From Ionaspis alba (Eukaryota): a DNA stretch of 59,222 nt. The position numbers were made by a program, and so were the translations under genes. The notes below the pieces were generated by a model that ran no database searches, was not told the DNA's origin, and was given only the letters and a program-made list of their open reading frames with translations. The DNA lies in the NCBI GenBank assembly GCA_964255285.1, contig CAXUUL010000027.1, positions 1 through 59,222 on the forward strand, written 5' to 3'. How positions within the stretch are numbered: position 1 is the first letter of the stretch; each line of letters opens with the position of its first letter. This document shows positions 32,787 through 45,815 of the stretch, piece after piece.

Positions 32787-35700
32787 ATGTTTTGGCGTTT
32801 TGGCGGTTATGCCAATATCTCCACTCTCGATACTATTCTCGACAAGCCTGATGTTACCCTGGAGGAACTTCTGGAGGAATCCGACCTTATACAGGAACTC
32901 AAGCAACATAATACAAAGTTGATCGAATACCTGAGAGATGAGAATGTACTGCGGAGACTGCTGGAATATGTCGTCGCTCCAGCCATTGCCCCCGTGGAGA
33001 TGGACGAGGCTGAGGAACCAGTGCAGCCAGTGAAGAGATCAACATTCAGCCCCGTAAGAAATTTAAGTATAGGCCGCTCTAAAGAAGCGAAAGAACAGAG
33101 CAAACGTCAAGAGGAGCGGGAAGCCCAAGAGAAGGCTGAGAAGGCAAGGCAGAAATATGCTTATGTCGCATGCGAAGTCCTGTCGTCCGAGACATGGTCA
33201 ATCATCGAGGCTTTGATGGAGAATCAGCAATATCTTCGACAGTTCTGGGAGTTTCTGAGACAAGAGCCTGCTCTGGATCCCATTACAGCAAGCTATTTCA
33301 CGAAGATTAACGAGACTCTGATAGACAAAAAGACAGAAGAAATGTTGGAATTCGTCAGGTCACTGGCTGGTATAATTCCTGCAATGCTGCAACATGTTGA
33401 CTGCCCGATGGTAATGGACCTCTTGTTGAAGATTATAAGTATGGAGAAGGTGGAAGGAGGCCAAGGTATCGTAGATGTACGTCGATGGAGCGAAGATCGA
33501 GGGTTTACGTGCTGACACGATGGCAGTGGCTTCAAAGTCAGAACCTCATGCCATTACTTTTAGGATATCTTGGAAAAGACTACCCAACTTTCACGCAAAC
33601 CTCTGCGGGAGACTTCATCAAGGCCATCATAACGATATCAGCCAATGCTTCTCAAAATGAACAATCTTGTATAGGTCCAAATAGCCTCACAAGACAACTT
33701 GTCTCAGAAGCTTGTATCGAATCACTGATATCAGACATGCTGAGAGGCGGGAATCCGCTGACTGTGGGCGTGGGCATAATCATCGAAGTAATAAGGAAGA
33801 ACAACTCCGACTATGATCCGGATGTTGGAGCTGGACAAGATTTACCACCTTCTAGTAGTGATCCTATTTACCTTGGAACTCTTCTGCGATTGTTCGCAAA
33901 GCACGTCCCTGACTTTACCGCCTTGATTTTGAGTCCAAATCATACTGTCACAAACGGCGACTCGACTATGACCGTAAAGAGGATGGAGCTCAAGGTTGCT
34001 TTTGGTGCTTCCATTGAGCCTCTTGGGTTCGATCGGTTCAAAACCTGCGAATTGATGGCCGAACTCCTTCATTGTAGCAATATGGGTCTATTGAATGAAA
34101 GAGGAAGCGAAGCTTTTGTCAAGCAAAGAGATCAGGAAAGAGAAAGGCTCAAAGCTGAAGGCTCTTTGTCGAGGATAAGAGAGCCTCAGTCTGCCGTGAC
34201 AGAGTTCTCCGAAGACAGCACTGGCTACCAGAATGGTGGATCTCCCACCGTCATCGCCTCAAGCTCGCCTGGCGAGGCGAGAAAATTAGAGGTGGCAAAC
34301 AGTGCCGAAGAGGATGGATTTGAAGATGTCGGTGCATCAGGCGACCTTGCGGACGAAATCAAGGATGACTTTGACGACAAGAGTCCATTCGAACTCGAGA
34401 CCAATGTTGCTCAGCCAACAACTCCCTTGAAACCAATAAAACCTCGTTTAGATCTGGACGAAGAATTTGTCGATGAGCCACTCACGTCCCCACGGCTAGA
34501 GGCTGTGGACGAACGAGACGCAGAAACAATACACGAATCTCCAGAACAACTTCATGATCCCGAGCGTATACCTTCGCCCAAATCACCAACACCTCATTCA
34601 ACTACGTCTGCACTTACTGCTGGTGTCCAAGATCTGAGTGTCAGGGACGAGGCGGATACGAAAGATCAGCAGCCACCTAATTCCCAAGATGAATCACCTA
34701 CGGATCACTTGATCAACTCGATTCAAGCACAGATACCCTCACAATCACAAACGACCACTTCTGATGCGCCACCGCTACCACGTCGGGATCGAAATCTCAC
34801 AATAGAGACCGAACCCACAGATGATGGTGGCCTTCGAGGTTTATCACCACACCCAGACGACAAGCCTGCACCTCTCTTCTCAGCTCGGTCCGAGGGTTCC
34901 GGTCAAACACATGATACAATCCAAAGACCTATCGAGCAAGTTGCTGCGGCCGGCGATAGCCAGGAAACTATTGATACCACCTTAGGGGAAGAGGGAGATA
35001 GTTCTCGGTCCATGTTGGTCCCCGATGAACAAGCATTTGCACCGCACATAGAAGACGACGTAGACGGGCAACCGATCGTGGGCGATTTCTTGAAGATGAT
35101 GTTTGTACAACACGAAGTGGTGCCAACAATACTCGTGAGTGGTCTTCCGACCCCGCCCAACCCGGCATACTTAGAACTAATTTTTTCACTTCCAGGACTT
35201 CTTTTTCCGATTTCCATGGAACAACTTTCTTCACAATGTAGTTTACGACGTTGTACAACAGGTTTTCAACGGACCAATGGATAGAGGCTATAATCGAAAC
35301 TTGGCAATCGATCTCTTCCAGACCGGTCGAATCACTGAAAGAATCATGGCAGGACAGGAGCGGAGTGACGAGGCCGTTAGAACAAGTAATATGCGATTAG
35401 GCTATATGGGCCATCTGACCCTGATCGCGGAAGAAGTCATCAAGTTCGGCGAGCGACATCCTGCGGAGTTGCTCTCTCCTGCCGTGCTGGAAAAAGTTAC
35501 AGACAAATCATGGATGGATTACTGTGATGGCTCATTAGGAGAGACGAGAGAACGGGATGCTGCCATCTTGGGTGGTGTTAGACCGGACCTGGCTCTGGGA
35601 CCTCGACAAGCAGTTCTTAATGCGGTAAATGCCGCCCATGGCTTTGGAAGCGGTGGCTCGAACGCTCTTGCAAATGCCGGGCTTAATGGTGGCACCGGAC

Positions 35701-35909
35701 TCGACTCAATGGATCTATCGAATAATGGAAGCAGCTCAAGCAGTGCCTTCGGTCTTAGCGGCGGATCCCTCCTCAGTGGCTTTGGCAGCTCCAGCGACGA
35801 AGAAGACGAAGAAATGGAGGAGATTGGCGAGCACGATGAAGGGCACGAGGGTAGCGCAGATCAAGTGGGTGAACTCTCCTTCGAAGATGTCGACATGAAT
35901 GATGCTTGA
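32787..35909 (+). CDS. SAPS-domain Sit4/PP6 phosphatase regulatory subunit (Sap155/Sap190/Ekc1 family), short C-terminal isoform
   Basis: MFWRFGGYANIS start; introns 33477-33526 and 35135-35195. Motifs IIIEVIRKNNSDYD, EPLGFDRFKTCELMAELLHCSNM, FFRFPWNNFLHNVVYD and RLGYMGHLTLIAEE. Ends VGELSFEDVDMNDA. Confidence 0.92.
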
Positions 35910-36415
35910 AAAAGTGGCTCTGGTTTGTACAAAGCTTCCAGAGCTTATTCTACAAGCCCTCATTGTTATTACCCCACTTGTATTCTTAGCCTGAATTGCT
36001 ATAGCAGTGGCTTGCATTCTTACCACGCGGAGATGTCGGTGTGGGTCGGAGTGGCGATGACTTGAAGCGGCTTGATAGAGTTTGTTCCTAGACCTTTAGG
36101 CAAATTCGAGCACCGCCATCTCGGAGCTCCTCTCTCTCTCGCTTCGTCCTCTGTCTCTGATCGTAAGATGTGGGATACTCTGCCTCTATGCTGATAAAAA
36201 AATCTTGTTTACTCCTCATGTCCGACCATTTATACCTACATTTCCAGTCCTACCTTCCTTGGTCTACCACCTAACCCTTGCTTCAAATTTTCCATGCTCT
36301 TTTTACCTGTTTAAGACCTCTAGTCTCTCATATCTTCTTTCATCCGATCTATATATTTTGTCCTGCTACCTTCACTCCTTCCAAGAGCAGCAGCTAATTT
36401 ACTTCTTCCCGCTAG

Positions 36416-37111
36416 TACCCAACCTACGCCCCCTCCTCTCTTTCCGCTCTCTCGATCTTTTCCCCTCCAACCACCCCGGACACACCCGATACTCCCATCC
36501 CACCTCTCAACGCCTCCAACACCAGCACTTCCACCTCCTCCAACCCGCCAAGCATCCCACCACCCCTTTCCATTCCTCCATCTCGTGCCCGCCGTCAACT
36601 AGCGGCCCGCCTCGCTCTCCACGGCAAAGGCTCTCCCTTCGCATCTCCCCAATCAAGCCCAAGCAACGACGCCTCTGCTGCCGCTACCGGCAGTATCGAT
36701 GCCGTAGTCGTCGGAGGCTCGGACGGTGCCAAAGCCTCACTCTCGGGCTCTGCGCAGAAAGATGCCAATGACGATGAAGACGGCGAGGATGTTCCTATCA
36801 CTATGGCTCTTTCGCCTTCTAATGCTGTTGCTTACCGTTCTGGTGCTGGACTGGGAGCAAAGAACTCGACTGCTACTGCTTCTGCCGCTAGTGTCGGTGA
36901 GGAAGGGAGTAGCGAGGAGAGTAGCGGAGAGGAAGGCAGTGGGAGCGATGATGACGACGACAATGAGATTGGTGGAAAGGGACTGAAAGGAGTAAGAGGG
37001 AGAAGGCGAGCTAAGGGAAGGGGAAGGCTGGGTGTGAGAACTGCGAGAGTGAGGAGCTTGATTGAGGATGAGGAGGATGATGTCTTTGAGAGGGCGGGGA
37101 GGGGCTTGTAA
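36416..37111 (+). CDS. Alternative terminal exon of the SAPS gene (long isoform)
   Basis: Branch GCTAAT at about 36393, pyrimidine tract and TAG acceptor at 36415, phase 0 and matching the donor CAA|GTGGGT at 35865. The frame is open for 231 codons: YPTYAPSS...PPPLSIPPSRARRQLAARLALH...SLIEDEEDDVFERAGRGL. Confidence 0.7.
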   Translation, partial: YPTYAPSSLSALSIFSPPTTPDTPDTPIPPLNASNTSTSTSSNPPSIPPPLSIPPSRARRQLAARLALHGKGSPFASPQSSPSNDASAAATGSIDAVVVGGSDGAKASLSGSAQKDANDDEDGEDVPITMALSPSNAVAYRSGAGLGAKNSTATASAASVGEEGSSEESSGEEGSGSDDDDDNEIGGKGLKGVRGRRRAKGRGRLGVRTARVRSLIEDEEDDVFERAGRGL

Positions 37112-37216
37112 GACGGGAGGGTCGATATTGTGGGTCATGGATACCAATTGGGTGGCGATTTGTCGGCGAGGAATGGGACTAACAGAGAGGTTGGACGTGC
37201 AGATGGTGGCAGCGCA

Positions 37217-37316
37217 NNNNNNNNNNNNNNNNNNNNNNNNNNNNNNNNNNNNNNNNNNNNNNNNNNNNNNNNNNNNNNNNNNNNNNNNNNNNNNNNNNNN
37301 NNNNNNNNNNNNNNNN
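37217..37316. other. Scaffold gap (100 N) hiding the ETP1 stop codon
   Basis: Run of N between two convergent gene ends. Confidence 0.95.
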
Positions 37317-39475
37317 CCCTTTCTTTCCCTTCCCTTTCCCTCTCCTCCCACCACCACCTTTCCGCTCCTCAGGCAAACTGACTGTCCCTTCCACCACCTC
37401 CTCGCCCAACTCCTTCAACTTCTCTTGGCCACTGATAAAAAAACTCAAATCCCGGTTCACCTCCTCCAACTCCGCTTTCTCCTTCCTCAACCCCTCCACC
37501 AGCCCCTCCAAATGCTTCACCCTCTCCAGCAAACTCCCACCCATCGCCTTTTCCTCCCGCCACTCCTTCTCCAGTTTCCGTGCCATGGTCTCGAATTTCT
37601 CAGCTTTCCGCACCGCGCGGTCGCGGTCACGTTCGAGAGCTGGTATCGTCTCTTTGGCGAGGGCTTCGTGAGATTTCGATAGCGAATCGAGCTGTGAGAG
37701 TGCAAGCGATGAAGACTCAGCTGCCGATAATGCCGCCAAGCCCGCTTCCGAAGCTTTGTCCGCCGCCCGCTCTAGCTTCTCCTCGAAGTACAGGCGTTGT
37801 GAATCGAGCTGCGAGGTCAGCAGCGCTATATACTCATGCCCTATAGCGTCGAGTTTCTCTCGCGGTACAAAGTCGTCAAGGGCCGGATCGCCATACTCGG
37901 GCGGGTTGGTAGTTGTGGCTGAGGGCAGCTCGACCAACTTACCGTCGGTTTTGCTTTGAACGATTCGATGCACGTAGCCGTCACTGGCATAGTCCCAGAC
38001 GCGTTGCGTATTTAAGTCCATGGCGAAACAGTGCGTGCTTTGCTGGTAGTGGAGAAAGGCGTGCGCGGCGTCGTAGCGGCCACAACCTACGTTACCACAT
38101 ATTAGACAAATCCAGAGATTGGCATCAGAGCGACAGATGCTGCACTCGTTGAGGCCAAGGTCGGAGCCTTCGTTATGAAGATGAACACGTTTGCTGAGAG
38201 GGTCTTGGGTGTAGCGACAGACGGGGCAGCCGCTGCCCAGCCATTTTTGGAGACAGGAGCAGTGGAAGACGTGTTGGCAGAGGATTGTGAGGAGGCCAGT
38301 GGATTCATCCATGCGTTCGAGGCAGACGGGACAAGTCGGTAGCTCAATCAGAGCTGGTGTTGGTGGAGCGATTGGTTTTGTTTTCAAGGATGTCGACTGG
38401 GTAGGAATGGATTGCCCCTTCGTAGTTGGTAGAGCTGTTGCGTCGGTTTTTGTGGCTGAAGGAGTAAAAGGATCATTCGTCATATCCGGGAAAGAAGCTT
38501 CATTTCCAGGCGTCTCAAGCGCCCGAAACTCGATCGATTTGACGAAAACGACATGACAATTCTCAGGCTGAAAGTGACAACGATTAGCTGATATCCCAAT
38601 ATTGAGGCTATGATGGCCCTTACCTCTGTGCTATTGAAGGCCTTCCCATTCCACTCTTTCCGCCACTCCCGCGCTTTCTTTCCATTACGAAACTTCATGA
38701 GAACCATATATCTATTCACCCTCTCCGTCCTTATCATCCTAAAATGGCTAACTTCTTCCCTTGTCTTCTCTCCCACAAAACCCAGAAAGTCGGATGGCGT
38801 CAGGTATGAAGGTACGGCAAGAATACAGAGCGTAGTGCAATCCTCGTCTCTGAAGGCAGGATTCACAGCCATGTCACCCCGCCTGGAGATCCCTCGTCCG
38901 TGCTTGTTGGAGCTTTTGCTCGAGACAATGTCATCGTAGAGCCCTGGTGTCTCTCCCGAGTCCCTGTAGAGACGTACTATGCCCCATCCTAGTTCCTCTT
39001 CTTCTATATCGGAGGGCTCATACCTGCCCTTCGTAGCCAATCCACTGGGCCCTGCTCCTATACCGTTCATGATATGTCTGTTTTGCTCTCCACTCCTCGA
39101 ATGAGGGGAGGCAGGCCCCTCGGGCAACATGTCAATTTCCTGAAGGACTATATTCCCGTACCTCCAGTCATGATGCGTCTCCGCTGTCGAGGATCCCAAG
39201 TGGGCGCTTTTGCTCGGAGTTGCAGGGCTTGGCTTGTCGGTTGTGCGAATATCAAGCTCCAGGCTCTGGGAATCTTTTAGGGCTTTCTGTATTGAGACAC
39301 CCTCTTGTGTTTCGGAAGCACTCTGAGCAAGAGCTGCTGGAGTTGATAGTGCTTTAGGATGATGTTGTTGAGCTATTTTTGTCGTGCTGAATATATCTCT
39401 GGGCGAGTATGCAAGTGGCGAGAGATTGTTCTTTATGGCGAGATCCACTGTAAGGTGGAAGAAGAAGGAAGGCAT
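37317..39475 (-). CDS. ETP1: BRAP2/Etp1 RING-H2 and ZnF-UBP E3 ubiquitin ligase (C-terminus in gap)
   Basis: Intron 38623-38568. BRAP2 domain (LCILAVPSYLTPSDFLGFVG, YMVLMKFR), RING-H2 (ELPTCPVCLERMD..CQHVFHCSCL..CPVCR), ZnF-UBP (LWICLICGNVGCGRY..AHAFLHY..QRVWDYASDGYVHR), then coiled coil LLTSQLDSQRLYFE. Confidence 0.92.
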
Positions 39476-39903
39476 CTCTGAATAAGAGGATTACTAGAAG
39501 TCATTTTGTAGGAATTAGAAGCTATGAGTTGGTTCGCGGATCAAAGGCAGTACACTACTCTACTTTATAGAAGATTCGGGAAAGGCAATGACAATACCGC
39601 CACCATCACGTCCAAGTTGAGACGAAGGCGACCGTCAACAGCCGTCTAAAAATCTAAGTTCATTGCTACGGCATCTCAATATTAGACTTTCGAGATTTAC
39701 GGGGCGAAGACACATCACAGCTTATGCATATGGACATTTTTAGCAGTAAAAGTATCTATTTCACATGGAACTACTTTCCTAGCAAACCGGATGCATTTTC
39801 ATCCCGGTCAACGCCAGACGTATACCGGTCAAAGAGATATTGACCGAAACTACCCGCTAAATCATGAAGCTCAGGGAAGAGATGCATTACTTCCAACACG
39901 CCC

Positions 39904-41066
<1,163 letters not shown>

Positions 41067-41270
41067 GATGGCAGGAATTTGATGTTAGATCGTTGATGTA
41101 AGATGTATGGAGAGTTGGTGAGGCAGTTGCGGACCGAGATGAGGAGAGACTGTGGTTGTTCTGAATGAGGAGAAAAGTGGTTGAAAAGTGAAGATGGTCA
41201 GTTTAAGTAGGAAGTTGACGGAAGGCAAGGCTTCAACAAATGACTGCGCCACTTTTACGCTAAACCTCAA

Positions 41271-41297
41271 TTAGTCATACGCCTTCCGGAACTTTCC
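41271..41297. promoter_or_regulatory. Heat-shock element plus Yap/AP-1-type site upstream of polyubiquitin
   Basis: cTTCcgGAActTTCc at 41283-41297 is a perfect three-unit HSE; TTAGTCA lies at 41271-41277. Both are about 210-230 bp upstream of the ATG. Confidence 0.7.
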
Positions 41298-42909
41298 ACA
41301 ATCTTTGCTTCCTCCGAGAATTTATGATATACAAAATCATTCACTCACGTGTCACAATGTATAGTCATCTAGCTTTACCACAGACTTTGACCAAGCTTCG
41401 CTGGAGTGAAAGTGCAGTAGACACTGCTGTTCTATTCACAGTGCTCAATGTATCCAAGTCGTTATCCACCAATCACAGTCTAAACTCTGAGTCTGCCACA
41501 AGTACATCACAACGACGCCTTCCACGGGACTCCCTGATATCGTTGTATCGAGCTCAAAGTCGCAGGATGATCTTTTGCAGGAGACCTGCTTATAGATTAC
41601 TCACCTGTTGCCTTGCTCATGAAATTAGGCAGTGCGCTCTAGTTGTTGAAGCACCGTCGCCGAATAACTTTCAACACTACCGGGCACACGCCCTCAGCAG
41701 TCACGGAAACCCCAAGACCTAGCATTGGCGCCTCCAGTCTATCTCTCTTAGTATATCTTAATCAGATCACTTCAATCCGCTTTGAATTAATTTGATATGC
41801 ATCATTGCATGCTCTGCATTGCCTGCGGATGAGTGCATCTGCACTCGTAGTCGACTCACGTTGCTGTACCATACACTACGTGGCACTATTAGGCTGTAGC
41901 GCGGAGTAATGTGTAGCTTGATGTATTTGATAGATGACACGTCGGACTCAGTCTTGCCCTTACAAAGGGAAGGCACGACCGTGTTGAAACGTTGAGGCGA
42001 AGAGAGCTGGAATGAAATGTCGACGAGAAAAGTATAGTGATATGAGCAGCTTGGTAGGCCGTACTCTTGCACGTTGACTATGTGTGGTATGTAGTATGAA
42101 AAGGCACTCTTCGATCCCCAGCAATTCTTCATAATAACGGCTGTCCAACATCTCTCGAACTTTACGAATTGTGACAAACTCATAGGAAAGATTGTCAGGG
42201 CATTCTAGAACGGTTTGGTGTTGATCAGAGTGATGGCATGTCACCTCCTTAAAGCGTGGGTACTCCGTACCAGGTTCGATATACAGTAGCTGCCAGGCCT
42301 GGAAGATGACAAAGCTTACGGCAGATAAGTCAAATTCGCAATATTCTGAGGTTCTGTGAAGTCATAATAATAAGTTCCGGAGGATCGAGGGCATCGGGAA
42401 GCGAATGTCAGGGGTCCCTGATGGAACGTATCAATCAGGAGCACAGCACATTGCCGCATGATTCAGATGCGATAAGTATGATCATAAGCCATTAATCATT
42501 AGACGATACTAAAGGCCTCCACAAACTCATTAGGCCGCACCGTTGCGAGTTTTACTGCATTCATAAAGACCGTTCCCTCCAGATGCAACGAAAATATCGC
42601 TCACGAATACAAAACCACAAGCCAAAAGGAGAAGAGCGCTATGCAACGCTAATGCCAGACAATCGCTTGCAAGAGAATGATGGGCGCTGTAGAGGATGCT
42701 TTCTAGATCGTGAGGGTTCGTCAATGTCGTGATTGGTGTCGTTATGATGGTCGTGAAGCTTGAGAGTGATGTCATAAGGTTCGTTACTAACTTGCGGTAA
42801 TATTTTTCCAGGTCCAGCCATCTCGGCTATGTCGGTTTGGCAAATTTTGATTTGCTGACTACCTTAGGCAGGCAAGGCAAAGTAGGCCCCTCGGCCGTGA
42901 GGCTGCCAG

Positions 42910-43758
42910 TCAGCGCCGTCGACTGCCGCCATAGACGAGCACTCTTCCCGTTACACCAGAACGTCTTTCGCCTCCGTGGATTGGGGTGCTTCTGTATGTC
43001 TGAGTACCTGTATAGGTATGAGTACTACCATAAATCTGAGAGCCTCTGTAGCTGTTTGAGCTGTCATAGCTAGAAGGACTGCTTCCTCCACTGCGGCTGC
43101 CGCTACTGACTGAGCTATCAGGCTCCTCGTGGTAGACAGTGCTTCGACGCTCAGTACCAATGGCCACGGGCATGCCCTGTAGGACACCTCCCTTCTTGTG
43201 GCCGGACGGGTACATGCCATCGTTGACAGAAAAGTTGCGGCATATGAGATAGGCCCGCATCGCGGCGTTCTCTTTTGCTAGCAGATCGCTCTCATAGGTT
43301 GTGTCGGTGTGGTATTCTCGGTTGTTGACACGGACAACGCATTTGACGCCAGCTCTTGATGTATAGGGTTGGTAGTAGGGCTCAGGCCATTGGCGGCGGT
43401 GGCAAAGACCTGTAGGCAGATTTGTCATCAGCGATGGCCAATCGATGAAGGGTCTCGTCGAGGTAACCCCTGAGCAAGAGCGTTGGAGTCTAGAAGCACT
43501 ACCCATCGAGAACACCGAACGCCTCATCTGGCTGCATGCTCTAAAGGGCTGAAGGCTTGTAACACCTTGCATGAAAGAAATAATGATAGCTCTCTCCATC
43601 GTACTCGCTCCTTGCTCGACAAAATCAAAAAACATGACCCGATGACTTGGGAATCCAATTGAATTACAGCTCGGCTCCTATTGGAGAGGTACAAACGACA
43701 GAGAGCCAAAACAGAACAGACGGGACCACTGACTGGATAGGTACTGCATGTAAAACAT
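42910..43758 (-). CDS. Small conserved fungal protein with dsRNA-binding-domain-like fold
   Basis: 25-nt exon 1 (43758-43734), 324-nt intron (GTCAGT..GCTGAT..CAG, 43733-43410), then exon 2. Product MFYMQYLSSLCHRRQWPEPYYQPY..VKCVVRVNNREYHTD..LAKENAAMRAYLICRNFSVNDGMYP. The L..LC....W..P.Y and AK..AA..A pattern is dsRBD-like. Confidence 0.75.
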
Positions 43759-45815
43759 AGCCGTGGACTTGGTGACCAAGTTTGGCAATACCGATTCTGT
43801 GGTAATGAACCTGCGTGACCAGCCAGATCCTTGCACCTGGTGAGTTGCTGGCTGAAGAGATTGGACGATTTGATGCCCAATGGAGTAATACTGGCAGATC
43901 AGGTACCAATGCTGCGATGAAGATGGGGCAGGCGATTAAAAAGGATGGTGGTTTGAGGCACACCCAGTAGAGTTCCAATGGATAGAGATCTGATTTAGGA
44001 AATGCACACAATACAAGGCTCGCGAGTGAGATGAGAGCGGAATGCTGACGGGGAACCGCCGTCGACAGTACTTATAAGCCTGAGAGATACTTCCTGTAAT
44101 CCGTCAACATTATAGCGGAGCCCCGGATTGCACCATAGATTGGTCCAAAAAAAGACATTGCAGCGGATCCCCCTTCTGCGGCTCAACGACCTCAATTGTG
44201 CCGATGCGTTGGCGGTCGGTTCTGCCAGTGATGAGCTTTTAGGGTAGATTCCCGCTGCTCAGGCCTATAAAATCTCAGTCCACCGACGATCTGGAAGCGT
44301 AACGTAAATGGTTGACTTCTAGCCTCCCATGCTCATCTCCGCGCTACGCATGTACGTCAACGGCGAAAAGGGGGCCATCAGCCTATGAGGGAACGCCTCG
44401 AAAGGCCGACTGCTAGAAAAATTGGTATCGGACCCCGCAAGCCAGCAGTTGGAAATACCCATCGGGGTCTTGTTAGGCTCAATTTGCTAATGCAAGGGAG
44501 ACCCGAGGAAAAGGCAAAGCCCTCGCGACAGCTCCGCTGCCAACCCGCGAAGCCCGCGTCCTCAGACCCAATCGACGAGTTACCGGACGATCGATCATGC
44601 AATTGATGCTTTTGGCACTCGGTCATGACGATGCGCTGGCACACTTTAAGGCTGGAAGTCTCTCCACCGGTCGTTTTCCGTTGAGAAGCGCGGTGGGCGC
44701 CATGGAGCGGAGACATCTTCAAAGCCATCGTTGCGATGCCGAGAAAGTTTAGACAAAATATGCATGGGGCTTCGATGGTTCGTGAGGAGCCATTCCAGAA
44801 GCTACCCAAGCATGCAATTGCGCTTTGAAGATTAGCAGGCCAGCAAAGTCGGGCGTCGTTTTCGTCGTGGTACTGACAAGCATTGCATAGCGTTGATGAG
44901 TTGGCAGACGTCCATGCATTTGACGGTCCAATCCAAGCGCCGTTGCATATGCGCTCACGCTGAAGCAGAACAACTCACGCGGCTTGGGATAAGGGGAGTC
45001 CTGGCATATCATGACGGCTTCTTTCTATCTTTCTCACATGAAAGTGGAGAGGGAGAGTGGATGCGTTCGTCCTATCCGGCTAGCCAGGATATCCCAAAGC
45101 CTTTTGTCGGGGCATAAATTATGGACAACGACCACTGCAGCGGAAGATCTCTGTTCCTGGCTAGGTTGTGGATCTTGCGAGTGCGCGACACAAACGAACA
45201 AACAATCCGAGTTTCGGATCATAGCCATGGTAACAGTCAGTACGGGTAGTCGAGCGGGTAAGATTGTTGAAGAAATGTGACCTGTCTCTCAGGATGACTG
45301 CCTTTTCAAGAAGTGTGCCCAGCTGGCCGGATCCTTCGAGAGAGAAAAGACAACTGGGAAGCTTCCAATCGAACTGGAGCCGTTGTGTTGTATTCATGCA
45401 GCTAGTCGGATGGCTCCACTGCAGCGGCCCGTAAGCTTCGGCGACAAAGGTCACGTTCGGCAAGGAAGGACCGAGAGGACTCTTGAGTGTCTGTGTGCCT
45501 GATTGTATACGAGTACGAAGGGCAAGTTGGATCGGTAAGATGGAGCGATTGGTGTCAAGGTGCAGTGATGAGTCCTCTACGCATACTGGCATCTGATAGA
45601 CGTCGATCCGCTTCTTTTGGGATCTGCTAATTCGCCAAGCGCTCCAGCCTCGCTAAGCCCTGTCATTGTAAGCAACAAAAGTATGGGGATATTATTATAC
45701 ATAGACAGTACGGAGCTGTCTTATAGCCACAGCGTTCCCGACTGAGTTGCCCTTCTATCCTACGTAGATATGGGATCGCTGCATGAATCTCAAGCGAATA
45801 CATTGGCAAAACCTG

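Noticed and set aside
37179..37216. ETP1 ORF continuing past the gap (RCHHLHVQPLC)
   Set aside because: Artefact of translating through Ns; the true stop is probably inside the gap.
41767..42821. Small ORFs between UBI4 and the dsRBD-like gene, including an 81-aa ORF with a hydrophobic stretch (42530-42775)
   Set aside because: No family motif or supporting splice structure; cannot be supported without expression data.
42860..42912. TGA-CTG readthrough context at the dsRBD-like gene stop
   Set aside because: The extension does not end in a PTS1 or CaaX signal, and the context is weaker than TGA-CTA.
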